Source of the DNA: Gnetum montanum
Lineage: Eukaryota > Plantae > Gnetophyta
Direction of reading: 5' to 3'
Length of the DNA: 58,897 nucleotides
Assembly (NCBI GenBank): GCA_015680685.1
Contig: MNCI01001119.1
Location: 1-58,897 of the forward strand
In this document: piece by piece, positions 1 through 12,788 of the stretch
Layout of the letters: each line of letters opens with the position of its first letter
How positions within the stretch are numbered: the stretch's first letter is position 1
Made by a program: the position numbers and the translations under genes
Notes under the pieces: model-generated
Database searches by the model: none
The model's input: only the letters and a program-made list of their open reading frames with translations
What the model was told of the DNA's origin: nothing

Positions 1-392
1 AATACGACCGCTTCGAGCATGTGCATTACGTGTGGTGATTCCAATAATGATTAGCGTTTAGTAGCCACAGTTGCATAGTTCAGGGTGTGTACGGCAAGTG
101 GGAATGGATGCTGATGCTAGGACTTAGTGCTGTAGTTAGAATTAGTTTTAGTTTCTCAACCCTTCACCTTTTAGCATAGGAGATAAACCATAAAATACCA
201 AAAAAAATCATATACCTCAGACTTGCTTAACCATACACCGTGACACATACAAGCAAGCTTGGGAAGACAACGAACGATTAACCCCAAGTGTTCCTTGTGG
301 CATTTAGGCATTTAGTCTACGGAGTTCGATCGGATCGCGCGTGCTATGCTCGTTTCATATGGTTGAGTGTAGGGGTACCTCGCCACTCATCA
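1..392 (+). repeat. 3' part of an Athila-type LTR (solo or 3' LTR), ends ...CTCATCA
   Basis: Aligns by eye with 550-998 and 2975-3387 (GTGTACGGCAAGTGGGAATGGATGCT...GTATGGTTGAG...CTCATCA); not followed by a PBS. Confidence 0.75.
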
Positions 393-999
393 TACCTGAA
401 CACAATTGCATGAAGGACAATAAAATTAAGATTTCTTTTCTCCATTGCAACATTTAGATTAGTTTAACTTTATTTTCTAGCATTTTACTTTAAATGTAAT
501 ATATTTTCTTATTATGAACATTTAATATTCTAATTTGTAATTAACGTGAGTATGAACACTTCGAGCATAAGATATTAATGCTTGGTAATCCTAGTAGTGG
601 ATACTTAGTACACCTAGAAGTAAACACTTAGTAACCCAGTAGCATTAGTATATGTTCAGGATGTGTACGGAAAGTGCGAACGAATGCTACACATTTAGGA
701 TAGTTTAGTTAAGTAATTAGTTAAATTGAACACTTAAACTTTCATTCATTTAATTATTTTACAAGATAAAAGAAAATCATAAAAAATATAAAAATATATA
801 TTTTATGCCTCAAGTACACTTAACCATATGAATAGATTAACACAAGTGTAATTGGAAAGACAATGACTAGTGACCATGTTTTTCACCCTCTAAGGATATA
901 GGCTACTTAGGTAAGCAGATTTCATGGAATTTAACTGAATCATGTGTTTACACTAGTGATTTGTATGGTTAGGCATAGGGAATACCCACTACTCATCAT

Positions 1000-1017
1000 T
1001 GATGTCATTGCTAGGAA
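1000..1017 (+). promoter_or_regulatory. Degenerate primer-binding site (tRNA-Asp)
   Basis: TGATGTCATTGCTAGGAA differs from TGGCGCCGTTGCCGGGGA only by transitions; lies just after the LTR end. Confidence 0.65.
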
Positions 1018-1144
1018 CTCATTTTAGCTAAGTGTACTAAGTGTTTTTTAGATAGTGAAATCATATAAAGTCATTGTGAATGTATATAATGCATCATCGT
1101 TTAGAAAAAAATAATATTATTTTATTAAGGCAGACTATACTAAG

Positions 1145-2545
1145 ATGTCTTCCTCTTGTAGGACTGATTCACTACCTGTTGATGACTCTAACTAACATGA
1201 TGGACCTAGAAATGATGCTAAAGATATTCCTCAATAACTAAAGGTGGTCTATGCATATTGGGATCCCTATTATCCAAACTTCACTTTCATCCACCATTAG
1301 GATGAACAATTATGCTAGAGAGGTTTGGAAGGCAACATTGTGTTGCCTTTTGATTGTTCTATCCCTTTCATGTTCATGATAGCTCTCATGAAGTTGGGGA
1401 TTGAAATAGCAGCCCAAAATTACCAAATAAAGGAGCAAATCTCTAGAAATTATCAGCTAATAAAGGCCTAACTCAAAAAAGATCACTGCATGGGGGCATG
1501 TCATGAAGCCTCCAAGGGCAATAAGGTTCCAACTTCACTATTTTCATAATCGTAGGAGGGCCAAAAATTTTCATTAGGATAATTTCAACACCAAGGTCCT
1601 CCTCTCTTTGGTGAGGGAAGCACAACTTACCAACAGTTACAATCAACCTTGGTGAATCACCAGGATGAGGGAAAAACCAGTTCCAGAACCAATAGAACCT
1701 TAAGGCTAAGATTTCCAAGTCATTCACCAAGAGAATAACCAAGGGAACAAAGGAGAAGGATGAGTTGGCATCACTCTCCTCCACCTTCACCATCCTTCTC
1801 ATCATCAAATTTGATAGGATGGACTATGACTGAGACCTAAGGAGAAATGATCCAGGCTGAGATGGAGATGATAGAAGGTCCCATTGTAGAGATGGGAGGG
1901 GAGAGCATAGACAACAACAAGAAGAGAAAGAGCATCATCATGAAAGATGACATAATAGGCTAGATCATAGGAGACATGTTTATGACAAGGATCACCATGA
2001 ATATAATGACTATGATGAATCATTACTTGGGATAAGAAGCATGATAAATACCTTAGAAGTAGTTCATATTCCTACCAAGCATCAAAGGGATAGCCAAATA
2101 AAATGGCTTGATATGAACAACATTCCTAAATTTGAAGGAGGGTATGTTGATTCACAACATCATATGCAAGACTTTCATGATGCATGTACCTTAAAGAACA
2201 TTAAGAACAAGTAGTAGAAACTTAAACTATTTCCCAGGATACTCATCAAAGAAGCTAAAAGTTGGGATTGGTCATTGGAGCCAGAATTTATTTACAAATG
2301 GAGTACAAGGATAGAGCTATTTAATGATAAATATCAAATGTACTGTAAGGTATCCAACTTAAGGAAATAAATCCAAGGATAGAAATAATGCAATCATGAA
2401 TCTCTTGATGTAGCCATAGGTAAGTATTACTCTCTTATGCACTAATGCCTAGGCCATGGTTTCTCTTAAATGAAACATTTTCACCACATGGTAGATGGGC
2501 TTAGAAATAAAACCAGAGAGACTCTTGAGGTTTATGCCTGAGGAG
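1145..2545 (+). pseudogene. gag: Decayed Athila gag (N-terminal half)
   Basis: Homologous to the gag at 3526 onward (His/Ser-rich region, IPKFEGG..., FHDACTLKNI, LKLFP.ILIKEAK.W); many stops. Confidence 0.7.
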
Positions 2546-3387
2546 CCACGATATCGAGGCCACAATCTCACATTCATGATATCAGGTACACAATATCAGA
2601 GCCTTCCAAGTGATTTCAGACATCCAATATTGGGTCTTGTCTTATCGCCTATAAATAAGAAGCGGGCACACTTGGTTTGGTAATAGTTAGTTAATTAGTC
2701 TTAGTCCCTTACCCAAACTCTTGCCTTTTTCCCTTCTTAGAGTTAGAATTATTTCTAAGTGCCCACAGTAGGAGTCATAAAGCAAACAGATCCTTATTCA
2801 AGTATTGTGTACTTGAGCACACCTTATGGCCAAAAATAAAGAAAAACTCTGTGATAAACCTTGAAGCATTCAGAATAGATTATTTAATGTTATTTACAGT
2901 TATTTAGTACTTTCCTTTGCTAATTAATGTTCTCTCTCTCACCTTATTAACTCTCCTAATTAAGCACACTTAGTACAACCACTTCAAGCATGCGTGGAAC
3001 ACTTGGGTAACCTAGTAACAATTAGCATTTGATAATCTTAGTAGTGTTGCACTAGTTCAAGATGTGTACGACAAGTGGGAATGGATGCTGGTGTTAGGAC
3101 TAGTTAGGGTGAGTTGATTAGTTAAATTAAATTAGTTACTTAATTAGTTCACTTCTTCCTTTGTAGCACCAGGACATAAAACATCAGAAAATATATAAAA
3201 ATCATATACCTCAAGATTACTTAACCATACAATTGCGTTATACAAGTAAGCTTGGGAAGAAAATGATTAACTAACCCGCTTAGGTTCTATAAAGGCACAT
3301 AAGCACCTAGTCCTTGGAATTTGACTGGGTCATGCATGTACGTTCATATTCGTATGGTTGAGCGTAGGGATACCTTGCCGCTCATCA
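2546..3387 (+). repeat. 5' LTR (partial) of the Athila-type element
   Basis: TATA box at 2650, homology to 1-392 and 550-998, ends in CA before the PBS. Confidence 0.75.
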
Positions 3388-3388
3388 T

Positions 3389-3406
3389 GGGTGCCATTGC
3401 CAGGGA
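3389..3406 (+). promoter_or_regulatory. Primer-binding site complementary to tRNA-Asp
   Basis: GGGTGCCATTGCCAGGGA vs TGGCGCCGTTGCCGGGGA, the Athila-typical PBS. Confidence 0.8.
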
Positions 3407-3525
3407 CTTTGTTGTTTGTGTGCTAGCTAGAACTTAGGAAATCTTCACATTGTTGGAATGAACCCTTAGGGTTGGTTATCTTACAATTAGTGAAACAAAA
3501 ATTATTGCACACTAAATAGACAATT

Positions 3526-6500
3526 ATGTCTCCTTCTTCTTACAAGACTGTTTCACCACCCAGGTCCAATACAAGGAAAAATCAAAGGCGTAGTACACAT
3601 GATAATCCGCTAGTCCCTCAACAATTCTATGTGGTATATGTTCATCCTGATAAGTATATACTAAACTTTACCTTTATCCTCCACTAGGATGAACTATTGT
3701 GTTGGCATGATTTAAAAGGTAACATAGTGTTACCTCCCAATTGCTCAATCCTAGGCATGCTCCTTTGTGCTCTCACAAAAATTGGTATGCAACACTTATA
3801 GGTAGAGTACGTTGTGCATGATCACAACTCGAGAGAGTATTGACCCACAGAGGCACAACATCAAAGGGATTTACAATAGGAGAGATGTTATGAATCCATG
3901 AAGGGGAAGTTGTCTTAGAATTTCTTGTATGTCATAGGTGAAAATGAGGGTGGTGAACCTGCCTCAGGAAGTCTCCCACACAATGATGTTCCTTTTGTTA
4001 ACTTCGGCCAAGGGGTGGTGTATCAGAATCTTCACTCAATTATCCATAACCCAGATTCTGGTACCGATGGACACAAAGGGTCTAAAAAAGGAACACAAAC
4101 ACATGACAAAGATGGACATCCTGATCGTAATTGCGATCAAGGCCGTGACCACCAAAGAGAAGGAAGTAGGCACCATCATCATGATGATTCTCCTTCTTCT
4201 TTACCTTCATCATCTCCTTCACCCTCTCCTTTAGGATCTAGACATAGTTGCAAAGAAAAAGACCATGAGGATAATGGTAAGTGAAATGAGAATCATAGAC
4301 AAAGTAGTTGAGAAAGGTAATGAGGGCATTCTAGAGAAACTCATCATGAAAGGAGGGAGAGTAGGGAACAACATAGGCATCATAGATGCCATAGACAGTA
4401 CAATCACGATGAACCCCTACTTGCTACTTGAAGTATGCTAGATATAATTGAGGCTGTTAGAATCCCAAAAAGGCACCAAAAAGACAGTAGGATTAAAAGA
4501 TTGGACATGAAAAATATCCCATGATTTGAAGGGGGATACAACGCTGATTCTCAAAATCATTTGCAAGCATTTCATGATGCATGTGCCTTGCAAAACATAG
4601 AAAATGAGTGGCAAAAACTTAAGCTGTTTTCACAGACACTGATCAAGGAAGTGGAAAGCTGGTATCAGTCCTTAGAACTGCAATCCATTCACTGATGGAG
4701 TATCATGTTAGAACTGTTCAACAATAAGTATTAGATGTACTCACGAGTGTCCAACCTGCGAAAGTAAATCCAAGGATGGAAACAAGGAGTACATGAACCC
4801 TTGGATGCTGTCATGGGCTGATATTATGCACTATTACATCGTTGCCCAGGCCATGGTTACTTGCAAAGGGAACAACTACACCATCTCATAGATGGGCTTA
4901 GGCACAAAACGTGAAGAACCCTTGGGACTTATGCCCAAGGAAGGCTATCTAAGGGTAGGGTCCATCAAGTACAAAGATTTTTGGAGCAAGTTGCTAAAGA
5001 GGAAGGTGAGTTAAGGAAAAGATAAAGTGTAGAAGAATATAACAAAAATCCTTCCCTATGAAAGAAGGAAGTTAGATTTTGTGAGGATGAAGGAGAGTCA
5101 CAACTTGAAGAGATGGTGAATAGGAAAACCTTGCCCATTCAAAAACTTGCATCAGAAGTATCGGAAAAGGTGGATCAAATGTGAGACTCTCTAGATAATA
5201 GATTTCAAACAGTTCTCAAACTAGTAGAGGAGTTTAGAGAGGAAGGTAGCGATTGAGAAAGGAGAAAAAAGAGAGAAGCTAAATATGCATGTAACAAAGG
5301 CAAGGGAAAAGTTGCTATCATCAAAGAGGTTGTGGATTCAGATATAAACAATGATGATGGATGTGAGATATGCCAGTATGACCATCCTCAGGGATGTTGC
5401 TTTGTAATCTCACATCTGCAGGAGTTTGGGGTGTATGCACTTAACCCACGATTAAACAGAAGGAAAACACCCTGAAGGTTACCTTATCCCCAAGGTAACC
5501 TATGGCAGTTTCACCAACCCTTGATGTATTATCCAAGTGGAACTCCACCACAACCAAATGAGTAGTATCAATAGTGGTAGCACCCACAATCATGGGGAAT
5601 GCCACCACCATGTTAACAATACCCTTACCGTCAACTTGACCTATATGGATACTACGTGCAGCAACCAATCTCTCCATGTGACTCTACTAGTCATGTTTCT
5701 CCCCAACCTCACTACCAAACCCACAAGTATTATAGAACTCCTTCTCCTAGGGGTGATGTTCCACAAACATACTATCCTTCTCATCTAGCTACATCTCTTC
5801 CACTCTTAACTCCATTACCACTTGCTCCAGCCATGCAGGGTGAGCTCCCTACCCAGTTGCAACAATGTAATGCTACAAGGGCTATTAATTCTCATCCTAT
5901 TGTTGGTTCAAAAAATTGCATAAAGAATAGAACTTTCTTTAGGACCGACATTCCAACCAAGTTTTTGCAGTCACAAGCAGCTAACTCTCCAAAGGCCTCA
6001 CCATCATCCAAAACTTCAGAACTCNTAGTCAAAAGCAGCTAACTCTCCAAAGGCCTCACCATCATCCAAAACTTCAGAACTCCCTTCAAACCAAAGGCCA
6101 CATTCAACACACATGGTCATGTTGGCACATGCCATTACCGATTGGATTAAGGTTGGTCATCTTCCTAGGAAATTCTCTAATCCTAGGAGTCCTCTTATAT
6201 ATTTACAAATCACTAGAAATGAACCTTGCAAGGCTCTTTTGGATTCAAGTTTTGGTGTCAACTTAATCTCTCAAGAAATGTACAAAGCCTAGAACCTACC
6301 TCCACTAAAAAAAAGTAACATTCGTTTAGAGTTGGCCGACCATTCCATCACTATCCCATTAGGACTAGTGGAGGACATTGTTACCACTATTTATGGATGG
6401 TAATATCCAACCAACTTCCTATTGATTTAAGTCAACAACTGTAAGGTGGACTTGCCTATCATAATGGGAAGAGCATGGCTAAGCACAATTGAAGCACGCC

Positions 6501-8830
6501 TAGGAATATGTGATCTTTCCCTAGAGATATCAAAGGAAAATATGTTTGGAAAGATCGAGAAGAAGAAAGTTCTATACATTGCATACAATGACACAAGGTG
6601 TAGTTGAGTGCAGAAATCTTGGTTTGTACAATGTTTAACATTGCCTACATGCAACCAGTGTGCACAAGTAACTAACATAGGAAGGCACCCAGTGGTTGAC
6701 AACTGACCAAGAGAGCAACTCAACTATATGCATGGAACCAATTGAAGGTTTTACTTGTGCTTACATTGATAGCATAGACACATTAGAGCAAGTCCATCGC
6801 CAACTTCCAAGTCTCAACATTGAAAACATCAACTAGGGGAAGTTGGAAATCCTTAACAACTTTAAGCAAGAGCCCCTGGAGATAAAATTTTTGCCCATCG
6901 GTATGGAGTACACATTTCTCAAAAATGGAAAATCAGTAATTATTAATGCTAAGCTCACTCCTCAACAAAAAGAGAGGCTACTAAAAATGGTGAAAAAATG
7001 GTCGAAGCTTTTGCTTGGTCATATCCTGAATTAATTGGAATAGATCCTAGGATATGCCAACATAGAATTTACACTGACCCCTTCGTGAAGCCTCAATGAC
7101 AACTACAGAGGTGATTGAACCCAAAGTTGAAGTAAGTGGTTAAAGAAGAAATTGAACAACTTCTAAAAGTTGGATTCATCTACCCCATTGTTGATAGCGA
7201 ATGGGTTAGTCCATTAGTTATTATGCCCAAAAAGGGAGGGAAATGAAGGGTGTGCATAGACTTTAGGCTACTAAACATGGCAACATTCAAAGATAACTTT
7301 CCATTGCCATTCGTTGACCAAGTCTTAGACACCATTGTAGGGCATTGCTACTATATTTTTCTGGATGGATACAATGGATACAACCAAATCCAAATAACAC
7401 CAGAAGACCAAGCCAAGACCACGTTCACAAGTCCTTGGAAGACATCTTTATACAAATAAATGTCGTTTGGCTTATGCAATGCTCCTACAATGTTTCAAAA
7501 TTTGATTCTAGGTATCTTTCGGTAGCAAATAGGGAATTATGTATAAGTCTTCATGGATGATTTCTCCACCTACAGAGTGAAATTCGATCAAGCATTAGAT
7601 CAATTAGACAAAGTACTAAAATGATGTGTTGAAACCAATTTAAGGCTCAACTAGCAAAAAAGCCATTTAATGGTCCAAGAAGGCGTAGTATTAGGGCTTA
7701 AGATTTCACAAACAAGGATAGAGGTAGACCTTAAAAATATTAAAGTGATCCAAGGAATCACGCACCAACCTAAAATTGTAAAAGACATTTGATCATTCCT
7801 TGGACACACTGGCTATTATAGAAGATTCATAGAGAACTTTTCAAGGGTTGCAAAACCATTAGTTGAACTAATGAGAAAGGACGTACCTTTTGAATAGACC
7901 AGAGAATGTGAGTTAGCTTTTCAAACTTTAAAATAGAAGCTTGTAGAAACACCTATTCTACAAGCTCCTGACTAGTCTAGACCATTCCATATAATGACTG
8001 ATGCATCCAACTTTGCTTTAGGAGCCGTACTTACACAATTAGATGACTAGAAACAACCCTATTACATTCACTATGCAAGTCAACTACACCACAATGAAAA
8101 AGGAATTAATGGCTGTGGTGTTTGCACTAGATAAGTTTAGGTACTATGTATTGGGCTATAAGGTATTTGTACACACAGACCATAGTGTAATTTGGTTCCT
8201 ACTAAATAAACCAATGATGAGCCCTCGCATCATACGATGGCTTGTAATCTTACAAGAGTTCGATCTTACGATGATAGATCGTAAAGGCATTGAGAACATT
8301 GTTGTTGATCATTTATCTTAATTAAGATGGGAAAACAAAGAGGATGAATATTCACTTTCTAATTACTTTCCTGATGAATTCCTCTTTGTAGGTGTAGTAA
8401 ATAATCAATTAACCATGGAAATAAATTGGTAATGTAGCATTCTTACCTGTCTCCTTACACAAGAAACACCACAAGAGTTAGATGCTAAAAAGAAACAAAA
8501 ATTTCTTCACTAAGCCAAATATTTCATGAATATGAATGGATACCTTTATAAGGTATGTCCTAATGGATTGGTTTGATGGTGTGTTCCCAATGTAGATCAA
8601 TTATGAGTTCTCCAAGATGCTCATGAGGGTCCTTGTGGGGGTCATTATGCTAGGAGATGAACAACCATTAAAATCTTGCTTGCAGGATATTATTGGCCTA
8701 CATTGTTCTAGGATGCTGATTATTTCATCCAATCTTGTGAGTGCTGCCAATGGATTCAACCTTTAGAACCCTTCGACATATGGAGAATTGATTTTATGGG
8801 ACCTATTACACCAATGTCTAATGGGATTTC
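3526..8830 (+). pseudogene. gag-pol: Decayed gag-pol: gag (~3526-5450), protease (~6190-6500, KALLDSSFGVNLI), RT (~6990-7900; CIDFRLLN, FLDGYNGYNQI, FMDDF), RNase H (~7980-8330; TDASNFALGAVL, KELMAVVFALDKFR), integrase N-term (~8550-8830; HEGPCGGH..CECCQ, PFDIWRIDFMGP)
   Basis: Conserved retroelement motifs in ORF-track fragments and manual translation; frameshifts and stops. Confidence 0.9.
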
Positions 8831-8958
8831 CATAATGAGAATCAACCCTCAATCCAACAACTATCGACTATCGAAGATCATGGAGGGACACTAGGGTTTT
8901 CAAAGTGAAATTTATGGTAATTTTAGTTCTAGAATATGGTTTTATGTAATACTCCCAA

Positions 8959-10928
8959 TGTGACGTTTGAAAACATTAGTGGCTAGAACACCAAGAGGTC
9001 ACAGGCGTACAACCTAACCCCAAATTTGTGCAAAGGCCAAGATGGAAAAATGAAAAACAAGGTGCCCTAAATGGTCTAGTCAATTAGACAAGGACTTACA
9101 TGGTGTTAAAATGACCATTTGTAGGAAGAATTTATTGAACATTATGTGTGCACACTAGGACAACAAGTAAGAGCATAGCAAAGAGTCCTGGCCTGAAAAT
9201 AGTGACGTGAATGTGCAAATGTGTATTGATAGTAAANGTGAAAATAGTGACGTGAATGTGCAAATGTGTATTGATAGTAAAGAAATGTAAGAGTTATGCT
9301 TAAAATTAGAAACAAATTCTTAGAAAAGAAATGAAAAAAAGGCTTGATAGTAGAGAAATGCACCACCTCAAAACTGGGGAGCGTAACTTTTGCTTGAGCA
9401 GGAGGTAAGAGTGGTATGTGATGTTAGGCAGGCACAGTGGCAGTGTAGTTGTGTAATTAGAGTCTCTAGGACATCAAGGTCATAGAGGTAGTAGCTACAA
9501 GGGAGCCTAAACTTGTTGGGTTAGCTATTGCCACATTCTACTAGTGCAAAAGTGGACTACGTTGCAGTACTCGCCAAGGTGTAAAGCTTGAATGCTCAAG
9601 TGTGGGAATGACAAGGATGCTCAGGAGGCTTGAATGTTCAATGCTCTTCTAATTTTCCAAATTCTAAAGTGCTAAATGTTAGGGTGTTTATAGAGTTAGG
9701 TTTAGCATGAAATTCGGATTGAGTGCTATTTGACATGGATGCCACATGGCATGAGCATAGATAGGATTACGCTGACATGTTATGCTCTCATGAGAGTAGC
9801 AAAGTGTTATGCTCTCATGAGAGTAGCAAAGTGTTATGCTCTGAAGGACAATAATGGGTACCCAGAGACTACCAAATTGTTACCACACTACCTAGACTAC
9901 ATGTGCCAGAGTGTGAGAGACTGCAATGTACCTACAAACAATGTCAAGACAATGCAACTTGGAGTCTATGCTTCGGGACTACATCTTCCCCTTGTTCTAA
10001 GTAAGGCCAAGCATAGGAATAATTTCAAGGATTAATGGGAGGTTCAAAAGAAGTGCAAACTACTGATCTTGGCTACTGGAGGGATGTCAGAGTTGAGATG
10101 AAGTTCAATGCCAAGTTCTAGAGGCTTTTGGAGGCTATCAAAGGCATTTTCCTAGTGTCAAGCTAGCTACGCTCTAAAGTGTAGCACAAAACTTGGTGAA
10201 ATTTTGCAAAATTTTGGTTTGCCATACTGGTTACAATGGCTACACTATAGAGCATAGTAGAGTGTAGTAAGGATACTTTGAAAAATTTTGATAAAATCTG
10301 CAGTCTTCATCCATGGCACGCTGGCTATGCTCTGGGGCATAGCAAGGTAGGCAGCCTCGAAAGCCAAGAAACATGCCAAATGCATCTTCCATGTTAAGAT
10401 AACTTGATAGATCCTTGTCCAAAATTTAGGCAAAATTGGACACTAAAACTTATGTCATTCTCGCTATGCTATGAAGTGTAGTAGCCCAAAAGATAGAAAA
10501 CTTGCCAAACTATTTTGTTCATCCTAAGTACTTTTTGACAAACTTTAGCCTAGTGCTTAGACGAACTAGTAATTGGGACATGTGTCAAGCTAGGTATGCT
10601 AGGGAGTGTAGCAATCTTGATAACTTGGGAGATAGAAAATTTGCCAAACTATTTGGTCCATCCCAAGAAACCCTTGATCACTTCTGGCTTGACACTTATG
10701 CAAACTGGCAATGGAAGTGTGTGCTACACTAACTATGCTGGGGAGCATAGTAGGCAAACTAGGAGCATAACATGACACTTAAAAAAATTTTGCAAAAAAT
10801 AGGACTCAATGTGTGCTACGTTTTCTACACGGAAAAGTGTAGCACCAAACTTAGAAAAAATTTTCCAAAATTTTGACATAGACAAATTTGCCATTGAACT
10901 GCAAAAGCTCGAAATTGATGATGCTTCA
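8959..10928 (-). repeat. 3' LTR of element A
   Basis: Homologous to 36896-38503; starts TGAAGCATC (minus) next to the PPT; its U5 end resembles the element C LTR end at 43228. Confidence 0.85.
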
Positions 10929-10980
10929 TTGGCCCATCTTTGTTGACATCTAGAGGATTGACCTGAGAGACATCGACAAA
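10929..10980 (-). promoter_or_regulatory. Polypurine tract with upstream hairpin (element A)
   Basis: Minus strand CAAAGATGGGCCAA directly before the LTR; same arrangement at 33406-33459 and 47075-47127. Confidence 0.7.
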
Positions 10981-12499
10981 GAATATGAAACACCATGATG
11001 AACATGACACCAACACCACTCGTTAGTGCCTGATTAGATAATGCTTCAGTATGCTTGAGAGTGCCAAGAAAATAAAGTATGGTAGGGAATAGATTGGGGA
11101 GATGGGTCAAGGAATAATGGATGGAGGGGATGTTCACTGGTACGTGTAATTGTAGGATGCAACATTAAAATGGCTTGTCGCAAAAGCATGATCCCTCATT
11201 AGAGTGCTTGTGAGAGAGTTAGCATGTGAAGGTAGCCTACCCTTGGGATTTCAACCTCTCGTCGGAGTGCTTGTGAGATGGTCAATCTAGGGCTAGACTG
11301 GTTATGAGATGAAAATTGTGTTATTTTACTTGGGTACTTGGCTTGTCACATTTTTCTTTTGTTTTTATCTTTTCTTCTTTTTGCTTTACTTTTGTTCTTC
11401 TTTTTTCTTTTCTATATGCTTTCTCTCTTTTTTTTACTTTTTCTTTCGTATGTGTTGCTAGGTGAACTACACACCAATCAAAAGTTTCTTGGAGGTAATT
11501 GCATTGCATTTGTAGAACAAGTGTTTCCTCCATAAGATGAGTTTTTTACATCTATTTGGGGCTTTTACTAGCCCACAAAGGCTCCCCATGGGATGAGTTG
11601 CATTACGCCCATCATGGGTTCAACAATTAATTGTAGGAAAGGTTCCATGTGCATTAGCAAAGCTTGCAGGGAGTGTGGGAGATTACAAGATTAAGAGTTA
11701 GAGGTCAACTAGCTAGAGGGGTGGTAGGGAAGTGCACTCTTAAGTAGCTTAGCTAGCCAAAGCAGACACATTGAAGTAGTGCAATGTCTTTCCATTGCAA
11801 TGAAACACATCATTGAATGGCTTCACTAAGGCTTCATCCTGCAAATGCAACATAAAGAAAAGAAGAAAAACAACCACCATGTGAGATGAAGGTGAATTCA
11901 TATTTGCAAGGGCATTGTAAGGGCCATGAATGCTGTTTCAATTGCAAGTGCATACAATGTCCAAAGCAAGAAGGCTAGTGTAAGTGTGATCGCGATTGGC
12001 TCAAAAAGCTCTAGTAGCCACACCAACACCCAAGTGGCTAGAGGTAATGGCGACATAGGTTCTCAGGATTTCTCACTAAGGATAGGAGCTAGGAAACCCA
12101 ATAGCATGATAGAGAGTCATACTACTAGATGCTCTTTCAAGCCTAGGCAATGGTGAGGATTGGAGGATGGTAGCATTGTGGCTGGGCCGCAATATTGCTG
12201 GTTCTCTAGCAAGTGATGCTGATGGTGAGAGCTCTAACTAGGATGATTGGAAATGGTGGTGGTAGCTCTAGAAGGTCAGCAAGTTGCCAAAAGGAATCTC
12301 TGGAAGATCAACAATATGTTGAGGATGATGACGTTGCATATGCTCCAAAGGGTTTTTTCTTGATGAAATAAATCTCATTATGGAACTGCAATACCCCACC
12401 CCATCTTGTTTAGGAGGTGTGGGTAGGTGATAGAGAATTGGAAGGATTCTCACTTATTTATCCATAGAACTAGGTGTGTTGAACTATGGATGCTATACT

Positions 12500-12760
12500 G
12501 CAAACCTAGTTTTAGATCTTGGTAGACTGCATAATGTGCTAGTTTAAGGTTCTAGCAAACGACTGTGATGGTTTAACATCGTAGTGGATGGTGGATGGCT
12601 AGTTTAGGATCATAGTATACCATGCTATGGGTGCTAGTTTAGTGTCATAGCCCAAGGACATTCTGTGCCAATTTAACATCGTAGTGAATGCCTATGCTAT
12701 TTTAATGTTGTAGTAGACATCTATGCCAATTTAAAATTGTAGTGAATGTGCACTTACCTT
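12500..12760 (-). repeat. Diverged tandem repeats in the 3' UTR downstream of integrase (A)
   Basis: Recurrent (A)GTTTAACATCGTAGTG-like units. Confidence 0.6.
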
Positions 12761-12788
12761 GCTTTTATTGCTAGTGTGATACTGCATA

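Larger units (their letters stand above)
393..2545 (+). mobile_element. Truncated Athila-type Ty3/gypsy element (LTR 3' part 393-998, PBS, decayed gag)
   Basis: LTR end ACTCATCA at 998, PBS-like 1000-1017, gag-like region homologous to 3526-4940. Confidence 0.75.
2546..8830 (+). mobile_element. Athila-type Ty3/gypsy LTR retrotransposon, 5'-LTR partly truncated, ends within integrase
   Basis: LTR with TATAAATA at 2650-2657 ending CTCATCA at 3387; PBS 3389-3406; gag-PR-RT-RH-INT order. Confidence 0.88.

Noticed and set aside
1473-2023. Minus-strand ORFs of 111 and 72 aa
   Set aside because: Antisense shadows of the decayed plus-strand gag
5969-6082. ~55-bp direct duplication around a single N at 6025
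   Set aside because: Typical scaffold-join overlap artifact, not a biological repeat
9195-9280. Direct duplication around the N at 9237
   Set aside because: Assembly gap overlap artifact
9730-10035. ORF with repeated CYALMRVAK
   Set aside because: Results from a 27-bp local duplication in the 3' LTR of A that is single-copy in the 5' LTR
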